From NCBI RefSeq assembly GCF_009914755.1, contig NC_060930.1: 64,000 nt of DNA; one strand, written 5' to 3'. This document shows, one piece after another, positions 14,150-30,757 of the stretch. Source of the stretch: the human T2T-CHM13v2.0 reference genome, Homo sapiens. The notes beneath the pieces were generated by a model. That model was given only the letters and a program-made list of their open reading frames with translations. It did no database searches and had not been told where the DNA came from. The position numbers and the translations under genes were made by a program. How positions within the stretch are numbered: position 1 is the stretch's first letter; each line of letters starts with the position of its first letter.

Positions 14150-15423
14150 CTGTTGGAAAGGGAGAAGAGACAGAGAAGAGGAACACATCTCATTTTCTAC
14201 CACCCACTTTTGATTATTCATATTCATGTGGGAGATAAGAAGAGCCTGCCAGGGACACATTTAAATAACAAGTACTCTAAAATCATTACTTTGCCCTTGA
14301 CTACAGTCAAGAGACATTCTGTGGGCAGCACACTGTAGTGTGTGTGCACTCACACTCTCACAAATGCACACTTACCTCTCCCTCCAAGCCCCCACAAGCT
14401 GGAACTTAGCAGTCCCAGTTCCCTAAAGATTGCTCACACAGATGGATGTGGCTTTCACAACATTAATGGGACTCGAAAGAAAAAAAAAGCAATAATAATT
14501 AGCAAAACAGTAAGTACGTATTAGTTGAGGTTTCATGCTTCAGTATTTATGTAGCCTCTCCCCTCGGCTGAAGGAAAGGACAAGGGAGTGGAGAGAGGAG
14601 GAATAAAGTCGGAAACCCCATTGCCCATGGAACTGCACAGCATGTTGGCAGTAGGGCAGAAAGCACCTTACTCTGAAGTCAAAATTCCTCCCCCTGGCCC
14701 AGGTCCTCAGGAGCTAGCTGCCAGGTGTTCTCGAAAGTTCTTGCAGGACAAAGAGGCCTGGCATATACTTCCTTCCCCTCACCACCTTCCTGGGCCATCT
14801 ACTAAGACCCTTTGCTTCTTGGTGCTTTGAGGAGGGAAAATGTCTTTCTTACCTCCCCGAGAGGATGGCTGAGAGGGTTAAGGAAGATGCTACCCATGAG
14901 CAAAGGCAGAATTCCTGCCCTGGCATCACCCCACCCAGGTCCGTGCCATCTGCTACCTAAAGTCCTGTAATAAACCTGAGGGAAGGCGGGTGGAGCAGGG
15001 AGGGGCACTGTCATTTATCTCATTGCTCAGTCCCTATGTCTAATAAAGAATTTAGGAAACTTCCCACAGCACATCTTCTTCTCATTAATAATAGAGTCCT
15101 TACTAATAAATCCAGAAAGCAGCACCCAGACCTTGTTAAACCTCTACTAATTAGTATTGAGACACCCATAGCCCAAGGTGGAGACTATCAACACATTCCC
15201 AGGAGAAAATGAAACACACCCACAGGTTGGGGTTGCTCAAAAATCCATGTTTGGATCTCACATAAGTGACTGATTTGCCCATTGCTATATCCATTAATGC
15301 TGTCCAGTAGAACTTTCTGCAATGATGGATATATTCTATGTTGCATGGTCCAATATGGTAGCTACCAGCCAGCCCCATGTGGCCTTTGAGTGCTTGAAAT
15401 GTGGCTAGGACAACTGAGGAAAC

Positions 15424-15777
15424 TGTATTAGTCTGTTTTCAAGCTGCTGATAAAGACATACCCAAGACTGGGAAGAAAAAGAGGTTTAATTGGACTTACA
15501 GTTCCATGTGGCTGGGGAGGCCTCGGAATCATGGGGGGAGGTGAAAAGCACTTCTTACATGGTGGCAGCAAGAGAAAATGAGGGAGACAGAAAAGTGGAA
15601 ACCCCTGATAAACCCATCAGATCTCGTGAGACTTATTCACTATCACCAGAATAGCACAGGAAAGACCGGCCCCCATGATTCAGTTAACTCCCCCTGGGTC
15701 CCTCCCACAACACATGGGAATTCTGGGAGATACAATTCAAGTTGAGATTTTAGCGGGGACACAGCCAAACCACATCA
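15424..15777 (-). mobile_element. THE1 solo LTR inserted in a MER3 (MER3 about 15297-15860)
   Basis: TGTATTAGTCTGTTTTC...GGGGACACAGCCAAACCACATCA; flanked by AAAC; MER3 halves on both sides. Confidence 0.92.
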
Positions 15778-17345
15778 AAACTGCATTTTTCATTTTATTT
15801 AGTTTTATGTAAATTTAAGCAGCCACATGTGGCTAATGGCTACCATACTGCATAGCACAGACCCAGAGAGCATCTGGTATGTAGCTGGCACTCAATAAAT
15901 CTTTGTTCAAGGAAAATCATAAATGGACCGTAGTTCACCATAATAAGTTCTGATTAAGCAAGATTCTCATATTTATTGAGTCCTCATTTTAAACAAAGCC
16001 CTGTTTAGGTCAACAACCTTCTGAGATGGGTACTTTTATTATCCCCATTATACAGATAAAGAAACTGGGGCTTCAAAGAGTTAAGTGAGGAGCCCACACC
16101 CACATAGCACATGGCCAGCCAAGGATTCAACCCCGGGCAGTGCCCACACACCCATTTCTGTAGTGCCTCCAGCTTTCTGAAGTCTGATGGGACAGCCTCT
16201 TCAAACTGCCTTTTCCATTGACCAAAAAAAGCCTTCAGGAGCATCACTTTACTTTCACCAGAATGACATCAAATTAGCCAAGGAACTTTTCCTTTTGAAA
16301 TAGAAAAAATGAAGATAGACAATTTTTGTCACATCTAGGGATCTTTTAAAAGCCTAGCCAGCGTAGTAACTTTGCAAGGCTCTGTTGTCTGACTTCTGGA
16401 TCCCAAGTCAAGAGTTAACTATTCATTCCACCACTGTGGCCTCTTCCTCAAACCATCTCCCAAGATGGCAGACTACTCTGAGAGAGCCTCACAATCATCA
16501 TTTCCATGAGCTCTCACTTCTGAATGCTGACAGGTGAGAAAGGGAGGAGAAAGGGAGGTGAGAAAGGGATTTGAAACACCAGTGACACAAATCCAGAGTT
16601 TGTAGCCCCACCCACCATGAAAGATGGGAGAGGCATGTCCACATGTCATATGCAAATGTCCTTCTCCAAGGAGATTATTGCATCCTTGCTCATCTAGTAA
16701 ATTATTGCTGCAGCCAGCCCTGACCCTTGCACCATCAGGTCTCAACTGTATAACAAGAGAACAGGTGCTCCCACCACCATCGGATGTAAGCACCAAACCA
16801 GGGGCTGGGCACCCTTCAAGGCATCCTCTCAACAGCTGACTCTGTTTACCATAGCATGCCCCTGACTCCATCAGACACAGAGCTGTCTTGACAGCATTAC
16901 TAGCTGAATCAACTTTTGCAGTTCTTCCCACGCCCTCTAAGGCGGCCATTTGGGCTCCTCTCAACAGGGTCCTTTCCAACACTCCAGCAAGCTGTTTGCC
17001 TTGACTGACCCCAGAGCTCTGTCATTTGTGGCTGTCACCATTTGAGATACGAAGGGAAAGAAAGATGCAAGTGACACTTACTGCTGATGAAGAAAAGTAT
17101 TTGTAGAATTTCAGACATTCTTAAACCATTCTAACTTTGCTCTAGCAGGTCAACTGCAAGCCACACAGTTTATCTCGCAGAACCAGTGGTTCCTTGAGGA
17201 GGACTTTATATCATAGAGCCTCCCATGTCTTCCTTTTCAATTATTTAAATCCTACCCCCTCTTCTGGGCCCAGTTGAAGACCAACCCACCTTTTCCAAGA
17301 GGTCTTCTGGGACCCTTCCAGCTCTCAGGAATGCCCCTTTCCTCA

Positions 17346-17951
<606 letters not shown>

Positions 17952-18559
17952 TTAGTGCCTTTTGTAGACTGGCACTGGGAAGCTTACCCAGGTGATCGAC
18001 CCTTAATCCAATAATGATTTTTGAGGGATTACTCAACTGCCTCAAGCAAGCTCTTCCTGGCATTGTGAATATAACCAGTCACTCTGCACTTAGTCATGTA
18101 TCTCATTGCATTGCTCCATGTTTGCCTATGCGCTCTTCTTTCAAGGACAAAGACCATGTCTTACTTTATAGGGCATTTCTCACCACAGCTAACATAGTGC
18201 TACAGGGATTCAAAAGGTATTTACTAACTAAAAATAAATGGAAAAAAAGAAACACTCTCCAGACACTGGGCAGAATAGGTGGTTAGAAAACCCTACTGGA
18301 AGACAATCTTCAAGTTGGAAATGCCCCTGGCAGAGGGTTCAGTGGATTCTCACAGCCCTGGGCAATGCCAGAGCCCCAGGCATGAGCACCCCTCACCTGG
18401 TAGTCTTTCTCTTCTACTCCATGAACCATTTCAGTAAATACTTGGCAAAACTAATTTCTCTTGGGTTGGAGAATTCGTTCCGCTGTACTAGTTCCAAAAT
18501 CAAAAATAAGAGGAAGTATATGAAACCAAAAACAAAAACTCTACGCCTTCCCCCAAGTG

Positions 18560-20120
<1,561 letters not shown>

Positions 20121-20681
20121 AAAAGTAGTGTTAAAACTGCAAACCAACTTCATTGGAGCTTTACAATTGTGGAGTAATTTATAGTTTCAGTTTAAGGACA
20201 TTAATCAAAGAAGCATCTTAATACTCTAAAGGCTATTAAAATTAGAGACTGGAAAATTTTTTTAAATCATAACATTTTAATGTAAAGTTATTTTTCCTGC
20301 ACTTTTTAATTCTCCACAGTAGGATATCAACAATTCTCAAGGAAAGTCTAAACCCCAAGGCATCCCAGACTTGCCCAAACCCTAGAAGTCAAAGACCTGT
20401 AGACGGGTATAGAATTGGTCGGGGTGAAGTGTCACTGTGGCTCTCAGTGGTGAGTGTGACAGCCTCTTTACCAACAATCTCCTTAGCTCAAGTCTGAACC
20501 CAAAAGAACGCTGGCTTTCCAGGTCTCCTGCTTTGAGGACAAGTGCTCAGAGGCCTGCTGCTCTCCTAGGGAGCCCACACCCACCAGCGGAACTAACCAG
20601 AGCAGTTTCTCCACCGACGCGTCTTCCAGGTATTTCCTTGCTCAGCTTGCCTAGCCAGGTGGCCTTGATCCAGGCAAAATC

Positions 20682-20718
20682 TGTATTAGTCAGGGTTCAC
20701 CAGAGAAACAGAACCAAT

Positions 20719-20769
<51 letters not shown>

Positions 20770-20930
20770 GAGAGATTCGTTTTAAGGAATTGGCTCGCAC
20801 AATTGTGGGGTTGGCAAGTCTAAAATGTGCAGGGCAGGCAGGCAGGCAGACAGGCAGGCTGGAGACCCATAGAAGAGTTGATGTTGCAGTTTCCAGTACA
20901 AAGGCAGTCTGGAGGCAGAAATCCTTCTCC
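20682..20930 (-). mobile_element. MLT2 LTR 3' part with (GT)22 at 20722-20765
   Basis: TGTATTAGTCAGGGTTCACCAGAGAAACAGAACCAATAGG start. Confidence 0.85.
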
Positions 20931-21266
20931 CTCAATCTTTTCCTGACTCCTGGCTCCTTCAAGCTCCTAAGACAATACTTGAGCAGAAAGGGACTATGTC
21001 TCGTGGCACTCCTGTGACCTGCTGCACACACTACCCAGGAGGCTCTTGGTAAAGGTCTACAAACCTACCAAGACCACAGAACTCCATGCAGTTGGTCATG
21101 TTTATCTACTTTCCCATCACACTCTTCAAAATATATATGTCTTAAATTTAATAATAATTTAATAATAATAACTAGGTTGGTATTAATAGATGACCACATC
21201 TATTATTTCTTTCACTGTTTTGCTATGGTTATTATCAAAACAGTGAAATGCCAAATGTGTATTTCA

Positions 21267-21982
<716 letters not shown>

Positions 21983-24028
21983 TAGATTCTTAGAATCAGC
22001 ACTTTTCTTGGAGAGTGCAGCCCAGATCAGAATGACTGCTCTTAACAATCCCTCCACCCCTCCAGCAGGGTGGTCTCCGCAGCATTTGGTCATGTATCCC
22101 CCACACCGTGGGTAACCACAGGAAAGACTGAGCAGGGAGAAAGCATCTGGTACAAACAGAGACAGCTGGGTGCGGGGGCAGGGCTGCACCTTTCAGGTGG
22201 CTGAACTTGTCATGTTCATATTTGGGAGCTGCGTGTGGACAATCTTTCACCCACCACATGAACCTGTGAAGCAGAGGATGCTGGTGTAGAGAGGGGTGAA
22301 TGAGGAAGCAGACACACAGAGAGAAGCAGAATAAAATTCAGAGGGTTTCTGGTTTCCAGGTATCTACTAAAGCCCTGCTGCAGCCCTGTTCCTGCGTCAT
22401 GTGGGAAACCCCCCTAAGCACCCCCACTGCAAGGGATAGTAAATCTTCAGAGCAGCATGGTGAGCTCTTGGTAACCCCATCAGTACCTTTGAGTGATCAC
22501 GTAGCTGTGAAGCACGTACTGGATTCACAGCAAATATGACACCTGAAGCTTGGCTTAGGTACCATCCCTTTACCAAAAAAAAAAAAAAGAAAAAATTTAA
22601 ATATAGTCTCTGAGTCTTACAGGAGGGAATCATCTCTTCAAAAAATAGTTTTAAAAAATCTTCAAAAGCACCATTTGGAAGAGTCTAAAGAACTACTCAC
22701 TTAAAAATTTTTAAAAATTTTAAAAAGAACTAACTGCATTAGGGCAAAGTAAAAACTACTGTTTATTGAGCTTGATGCAGAGAGCTGAGGGCAGCTGCCA
22801 GGTAGGTCTTTATATTTTCCCTCTCATTTTACTTATCACACCAACCCTATATGATAGTGTTAGCTGTGTGTTATTGGTAAGAAAACTGAGGCTCAGGAAG
22901 GATGATTATGACTCCCAAAGTCACACAGTAGTAACCTGTCAACCTTTCCTTTCATTGATGAGTGTTATGAAGCACAACATCTTATATAATGATGCTCTTT
23001 CCTGGGCTATGATTGCCCTGAGTCAAATATATAACTAAGTGCCTGTATATTTCATTCTTGGTGAAACCCTTAAAACATGCTATTGACTTCCACTTTTTGT
23101 TGTTGCTCTTCTTCCCCAGTTTAAGGTATCAAAATGTCCAACTTCTTCATTTAGCTTCTTCTCCCTCCAGTGGAAACTTCTGCAGAATTGCACATTATCA
23201 AAGCCAGATATCATCAACAAAATAATCGTTCAACTGCACCTAATTTCAATTAGATGAAATGAGATTGGTGATGCTTGACTTTTCCTAACAATAATGCCCA
23301 AGGGCTTCCTCGGCTCTACGACAAATTGATAGACCAAAAATCATTTCACTCAGTGCTCAGGGGCAGGAACCCAAAGAGAAAAACGCAATCACCTTTTTCA
23401 CATAGATCCAGAAGAGACCTCAAGCAAGAACTGGAAATGCAGGGTTTGCTAGGATGTCAGAATGGCTGCTGTCAAGTCCAAGTGCATCATGAGCATTATC
23501 TGCAGCCTTATTTCCGCTGGCGTGGCAATGCTGGCCAGCAAAATCCTCTCTCAACCCCATTTCCTCCTTGCTCCCTCACCTCTGTTCCTGGCAGCCCTCT
23601 TCAACATGAAGCAACTGCTGACACCATGAAGAAGGACAGAAAAGGGCCAATTGCTCCAGGTCCTCAGCTGATGACGCCAAACAAGTTGGGACAAGATCAA
23701 TGTGCAGCAAGATCAAAGCTCATGGAAACCCTGTGGCCTTACTCACCATCCCAAAAGAGCCTTGCACTCCCATGGAGAAACTTCACCAAGAGAGTCTGCA
23801 CTGCTGTCTCAAAAACAGAGATCATGAAAACAGATGTCATCACATTCCACACAAGGCAACAGGTATTTTAGCACGGTTCCCCTGCCAGGTTAATTACTCA
23901 CAGGAGGGTATGTCTTCTGTTCCCAAAGGCAGAGAGCTATCTCATCTTTAGTGTCTGACTGTTCCAGCATCCACACTGCCTGAGGGCTGGATAGAAATTC
24001 TGAATCTCAGGTCCCACCCAGGAATCTG

Positions 24029-24298
24029 GTTTTTATTTTATTTTGAGGCAGGGTCTCACTCTGTCGCCCAGACTGGAGTGTAGTGGTATGATCTGGGCCT
24101 TGACCTCCAGGCCTCAGGTGATCCTCCCACCTCAGTCTCCCAAGTAGCTAGGACTACAGGCATGCACCATCATGCCTGGCTAGAGACAAGATCTCACTAT
24201 GTTGCCCAGGCTGATCTCGAAGTCCTGGGCTCAAGCAATCCTCCTGCCTCCGTCTCCCGAAGTGCTGGGATTATAGGTGTAAGCCACTGTGCCTGACC
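24029..24298 (-). mobile_element. AluJ with internal deletions, inserted in a MER5 fragment
   Basis: AluJ diagnostics (GGGTCTCACT, CTCAAGCAATCCTCC); GGAATCTG on both sides. Confidence 0.85.
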
Positions 24299-24464
24299 TG
24301 GAATCTGTTTTTTGATAAGATCCCCAGGTGATACAACCACACATGAAAGTCTGAGAGGCATTCAGCTACTGCATGCAGGAGGATAAGAATACTATGTGTT
24401 AATTGACACATTCTCTTTAGAACCTTTTGCCTTCCCCCAGGCATACATGTATTCAGTGAAAATG

Positions 24465-25060
24465 CATTCATTTGTCATTCAATAAATATTCATAGTGTGT
24501 CTACTAGGTGACTAAGTGTCTGGCACTGTCTAAGGGAGATAAGGGTACCCTGGTGAACCAAGCAGACAAGGGTCCTACCTTGAAATAACTCACATTCTAG
24601 CTGGGGAAACAAACAGCAAGCAAGAAAGCAAGCAAGCAAATGAAAGAGATCATCACACACCAGGAAGAGTGTTACCAGGAAGAGAAAGAGGATGACAGAG
24701 GCAGGACTGAGGTTGGAGGAGAACTTTCTAATTGGGAGGGGAGGATCCAGAAAGGCCTCTCGCCCAAAGTAACACGTAAGCTGAGACTTGAAAGTGAGAA
24801 TGAGCTAGCCATTCCAAAAAGTGAGGCAAGAACCTTCTGGGCAAAGGGATGAGCTGGTGCAAAGGCCAAGAGTCAGGAAAGAGATTGGCATGTGAGGAAC
24901 AGAAAAGAGGCCAGGTGGCCGGAATATAGAGTCCAGGAGTGTGTGAAGCCATCCAAGAAGTGGGAGAGATGGACAAGGCAGGGCCATTTCAGGCCAAGAA
25001 AGTCATGCCAAGGAGCTTGGATGTTATTCTAGGTGCTGTGGGAGCCACTGAAAGTGGAGA
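24465..25060 (-). mobile_element. L2 3' fragment
   Basis: CATTCATT...CAATAAATATT start, AAGGCCTCT, GAGCCACTGAA motifs. Confidence 0.7.
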
Positions 25061-25070
25061 GTGATACCTT

Positions 25071-25101
<31 letters not shown>

Positions 25102-25319
25102 TGCACATGTGCTCACTTTCCCCATTGTACAGAGTAGACTGCATAAGAAACAAGACTGGACCCAGGCAGGCTGGCTTGGGGACACAAAGGTGAGTGAGGC
25201 TTCTTTGCCTTGTCTGCGTCCTGACCGTCAAGACGCTTGCTGGGAGAGGCAACAAGGAAATTAACAAAAAATACAGTGTCATTTTAGGTGCCAGTTAATT
25301 AGGCAATATCTTTGTTAAA

Positions 25320-26630
<1,311 letters not shown>

Positions 26631-27289
26631 AATTTAAATGTTAAATGAATGCCTTAAAATAGGTGCTAGGCAAGATGGGGGCACACAGTGCTGAGACAAC
26701 AGAAGGGTATGTAGGGTGGGGGGTTTGAGGGAGAGGAAGCGGTAACACTTGGGCTGAGTATTGAAGGGCGAACATGGAAGGAGACCTCAAGGGACAAGGA
26801 AGTTCCTGACAGAGACCTGGACATGTGCGCCAACAGGGCCCATTCAAGGAAACCCCAGCAGGGTGGGCTCGCTGAAGCCCTTGGGTTCGGGAATGGCCAC
26901 CAGGACGTGAGGCTGGGCTCACTTCTTCAGGATGTGAGGCTGGGCATGTCACGCCAATCAGCTGGGGCTTTTCCTGAAAGGGGAAACGATGACATGACCA
27001 GGTCTCTAGCACTGCCAGATACTCCATACCTGGCAGCAGTGTAGATAGTGGCTAGAGGCAGGGTTGGGTGGGGTGGACTGGAACCTAGTTCAGAAACTAC
27101 GAAAGGACCTGACTTCTATGGGGAACAGACACAGAGAGTTTCAGATGGCATCAAACAGGTTTGGGAACCGATTCCAGGGCTGGGATGGAATAAAGGACAA
27201 CTCCAACAGTCTGACCTGGGCTGCCATGATCTATGGCAGAGGAACAGGTACAGCTGATGGAAGAGGAAGAAATGACTCCGGGGGAGGTA

Positions 27290-27480
27290 GAGTGCTGGGT
27301 TCAAATCTCTAGCTGTAGGTCTAGGAGCAAAGTGACTCAGGTCTCTGAATCTCAGTTGCTTCATTTGTGAAATGGAGCTAATATCTATCTTAGAGGATTA
27401 TTTTAGTCATGAAATGAAATGCTTTATACACAGCACTTACCATGCTGCCTGGCATACAGTATGTACTTAATAAGAGGCAG
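27290..27480 (+). mobile_element. MIR
   Basis: CTGGGTTCAAATC...TCTCTGAATCTCAGTTGCTTCATTTGTGAAATGG core. Confidence 0.7.
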
Positions 27481-30137
27481 CCTTGGACAGTGTAGAAAGT
27501 ACACTTGGTAGAAATGCCTCTACAACAGAGGAATGCCTCATTCACAAAGGTAGAGATTTTGAGGAAATTTTTAAAAATTAAAGGAGGATGTGTGTGATTC
27601 AATTGATCTGAAGTTTCATTTCACTGTGGTCCCTAGACCACACTTTGTAGGGTCCCTACAAAGTAGGGTCCCTAGCCCCTTACTTTGACAGGCCTGTGAC
27701 CAGTTATGAGTGTGGATCGAAGGCTACAGACCTGTCACCCTCACTGGGCAAGCAATTCAAAGTCCAGGCCTTTGCTAAAAGGACAATTTACCAGGATGAG
27801 TCAAAGTAGCTAGTTTCAATTCCAGGCAAACACTCGTATCTATACACTCCCAACAGCCAGATCAGCCTGATAACTGTTTGGGGTTTTTCACTTCCTACGT
27901 TCTATGTGTTGAACCTTCAACAGTGACTGTAAAGCAAACCAAGACGACCACCCCACTGTGCACTCGCAGGGGCACCCTGCAAAAGAAGGAGTTAAAAAAA
28001 GAAAGAAGAAAGAAGCTCAAAACCTACCCTAAAAACATGAACAAAACCCTATTCTGTCATCACCATTACTAAACTAGGTCTATTATGCCTCTTATCGCTG
28101 GTTTTGAAGAGGTAACAGACATGTCTTGTTAATTAAAGTCACAGGGATATTTGAAAAATAAGAACAGAAGAAGTATCCAGAAATGTCTAATTTGTGTCAC
28201 ATCTCTTGAAACCAGAGCCCCCAGACACTTTCATGGCCATGGTCCCAGAGACAGCCAGAAAACAAGGTCATCCTTGTTCCCCAAATTGCCACCCTCCTGC
28301 TCTAGGTTTGCCCTGTGGGTCTGAACCCAGGACAGGAACTGCCATCTTTATGGTGGAGAAACGATGTTAACAACATGGTCTTTCAGATATGACCAGTCCT
28401 AAGCTCTCCAGTATACGCAGGGCTCATCAGGGACCAGTTTTGTACAAATTGCACTAATAGAATTATACCATAAGATCGTTATAAGATATTTGATATGCAA
28501 AGAGCCAATGTAAACAAGGGAGTTATCCACCCAACATACATGTTCCATTAAACAGAAAATAAATATTAGCATTCAGTTCAATGGCATTCAGTTCAAGGCC
28601 AAAGAAACAGGCCACAAAGGGCAGACACTTAATAAAATTAACTGACAATTAAAACTGACAATGTGGGCAGCCTCCTTAGGAATTCTATCAGATGTTGCAT
28701 CTGAGTCAATAGCCAAATGGCCTGATGAAAATGCCTTTCTATGGAGAAAGAGTTTTACATTCTGTTCATAGCTCTTCGAAGACAGAATTAAAACACACGT
28801 ATATTTCACCTACCCTGAATCCATACCTATTTTTAACAAATAAAACAGTCTTTCCAAGACTACATAACTTCCGGCTGGTTTCTGGATGTTGTCTCTGTTC
28901 CTTCGCAGCTCCTCCCTTCTAATCTGTTCTACTATTCGCTTCATCTGGTTATAAGCTTTGTTCTTGTTATAAGCTTTGTGTTTTTCCTCACCAATAGAAA
29001 CTTCAGCTTTCAAAGGTGAGCTGCTCATTTTCTTGGAATTGTAAGATCAAGCAACCTTCCTGGGATTGTTTTAGGTTACGTGCAAGAACTGATGATGAAC
29101 AAAACATGCCCTTCTCTTTCCCCTGAGCATAGGCTGAGAGGCTGCTACTCTGTCCTCAGAGATTGTTCAGACTGCCTGGGAGTTGAGGGGAGCAGGGACC
29201 AGATGGTGAGGCACCCTGAACTCATCTCCAGCCCACGGGTCAACACTGTGCCTTCCGAAACTATTCCTGAAGGCGATTAGGGAGGGCCTTTTCTCATGCA
29301 AAGCATCCATGCCTCTGGAGCTACTGCGCCCATCCTCCTAAAAATTTAAAATCTATTACTCCAAATTGGGGCAGAAGACATTTCCCGGGAGGCTGCAGTC
29401 AAAAGTTAAAACCCCCTGGTTTTACCAAATCAGTCTTTACTAACCTATGACGCCTCTGAAAACATTCTAATACATCATCACCCCCATCCAACCACTCCCA
29501 CCGTCCTTGCCTCCAGCGCAGACGAAATAATTCCAGCCGATGGTAACATCTGCAATCTCACGCTAAACTAACTCACAGCAGAAAGAAACAAACGACCCTA
29601 GCAGGGCGCCACCGCTGCTGAAGGGCAGGTCCTCTATCGCACCCAAGAAAACCCGACACACGTGTGCGGCCTTTTATTCAGGCGTTTCTGGGCGCGCACT
29701 CGCCTCTCCCAGGCGCGCGCGCGCACAACCCTCCTCCACCCCCCCATCCCCCCCCCCCACACACACACACTTGGACACTACACACACAGCTGAGGACTAA
29801 CTTTCCTCTTCTCGCGGAGCACCCTATCCCCTATTATCGGCATCTGATCTTCCTAGTTCGGATCCCCGGAACACACGCCTTCTCCAGCCTGCAATCTACA
29901 CACGTGGGGAAGCGCGTCCAAGTGGTGCCAGGAGGCAGGAGGGAAGCGCAAAGGTGGGGAAGGCCGGGGACGAGGAAGGAGGGAGCTCTGAGTCGGATCT
30001 GGGATCTCAGATCCCCGGGGCAGCGTAGATGCAGGGTAAGCTTCTGGGATGCGGAGAGGGAAAGGCAGGGGGGAAGGAACCTAGAGAAGGTTAAAGGGCG
30101 GGGGTGGGACGGAGGATGCGGGGTAGGGGTCGCTCAC

Positions 30138-30390
30138 CTAGGGTTTTGACAGCGATCTGTCTGGTGAGGGGCGGCGGCAGGTTAATGCACACCAAGTCCA
30201 CGTCCTGATGCAGCAGCACCTCATCAATGCGGCTAGTGTAGAAGGGGACACTCATCTCCTTGGCCAGCTCCTCCGCTTCTTCCTGCGTGCGGCCCCACAG
30301 CGCCTTCACCGCGAAGCCCTCGTCTTTCAGCAGCGGGATGATGACACGGGCCGTGAGGCTGGTGCCGAACACGCCCACCCCGGGAAGCAT
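30138..30390 (-). CDS. GFOD1: GFOD1 coding exon 1 (glucose-fructose oxidoreductase domain-containing protein 1), N-terminal Gfo/Idh/MocA Rossmann-like domain, residues 1-84 plus 1 nt
   Basis: [87 protein letters not shown] is recognisable as the GFOD1 N-terminus; start context GCAGCCATGC; ends at canonical donor TAG|GTGAG (intron begins at 30137); lies in a CpG island. The main downstream exon is outside the window. Confidence 0.96.
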
Positions 30391-30583
30391 GGCTGCTCAG
30401 AGCCGCCTGGTTCTGCTTCTGCTCGGATCTCCAGTCCAACGCGCGCACACACCCACCTCTAGCCAGTCCTGCACCCCGCTCCTGTAGCCAATCTAGCCGC
30501 GGTGCGCCAGCCGCCGTGCACCGGGCAAGGCGCCCGGGTGCCCAGAGCGCACCGAGCTGCAGGCGGAGCAAGCTCGGGGCGCC

Positions 30584-30757
30584 TCAGAACGGTGACTGCG
30601 GCAGTGTCCGCCACGCGGGGCTCGCGTCCTTCCCGGAGTCGGCGGCAGGGACCCCCCCAGGGCGCCGGAGGCTTCGAAGCCCCCTGGAGCCCCGGCTCAG
30701 GCTGCGCTCCCGCGGCAGCGCCAGTACGCTACGTGCGCCCCGCCAAGGCCGCTCCAT
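30584..30757 (-). other. uORF (57 aa) in inferred GFOD1 5' UTR with strong Kozak context
   Basis: GCCGGCCATGG; MERPWRGARS...LPQSPF-stop, ending about 190 nt before the main ATG. Confidence 0.5.

Noticed and set aside
23275-23871. 198-codon ORF
   Set aside because: Starts at TTG, has no recognisable homology or supporting splice structure.
29596-29620. Possible CTCF site (GCAGCGGTGGCGC / CTAGCAGGGCGC)
   Set aside because: Spacing does not fit the CTCF core consensus on either strand.
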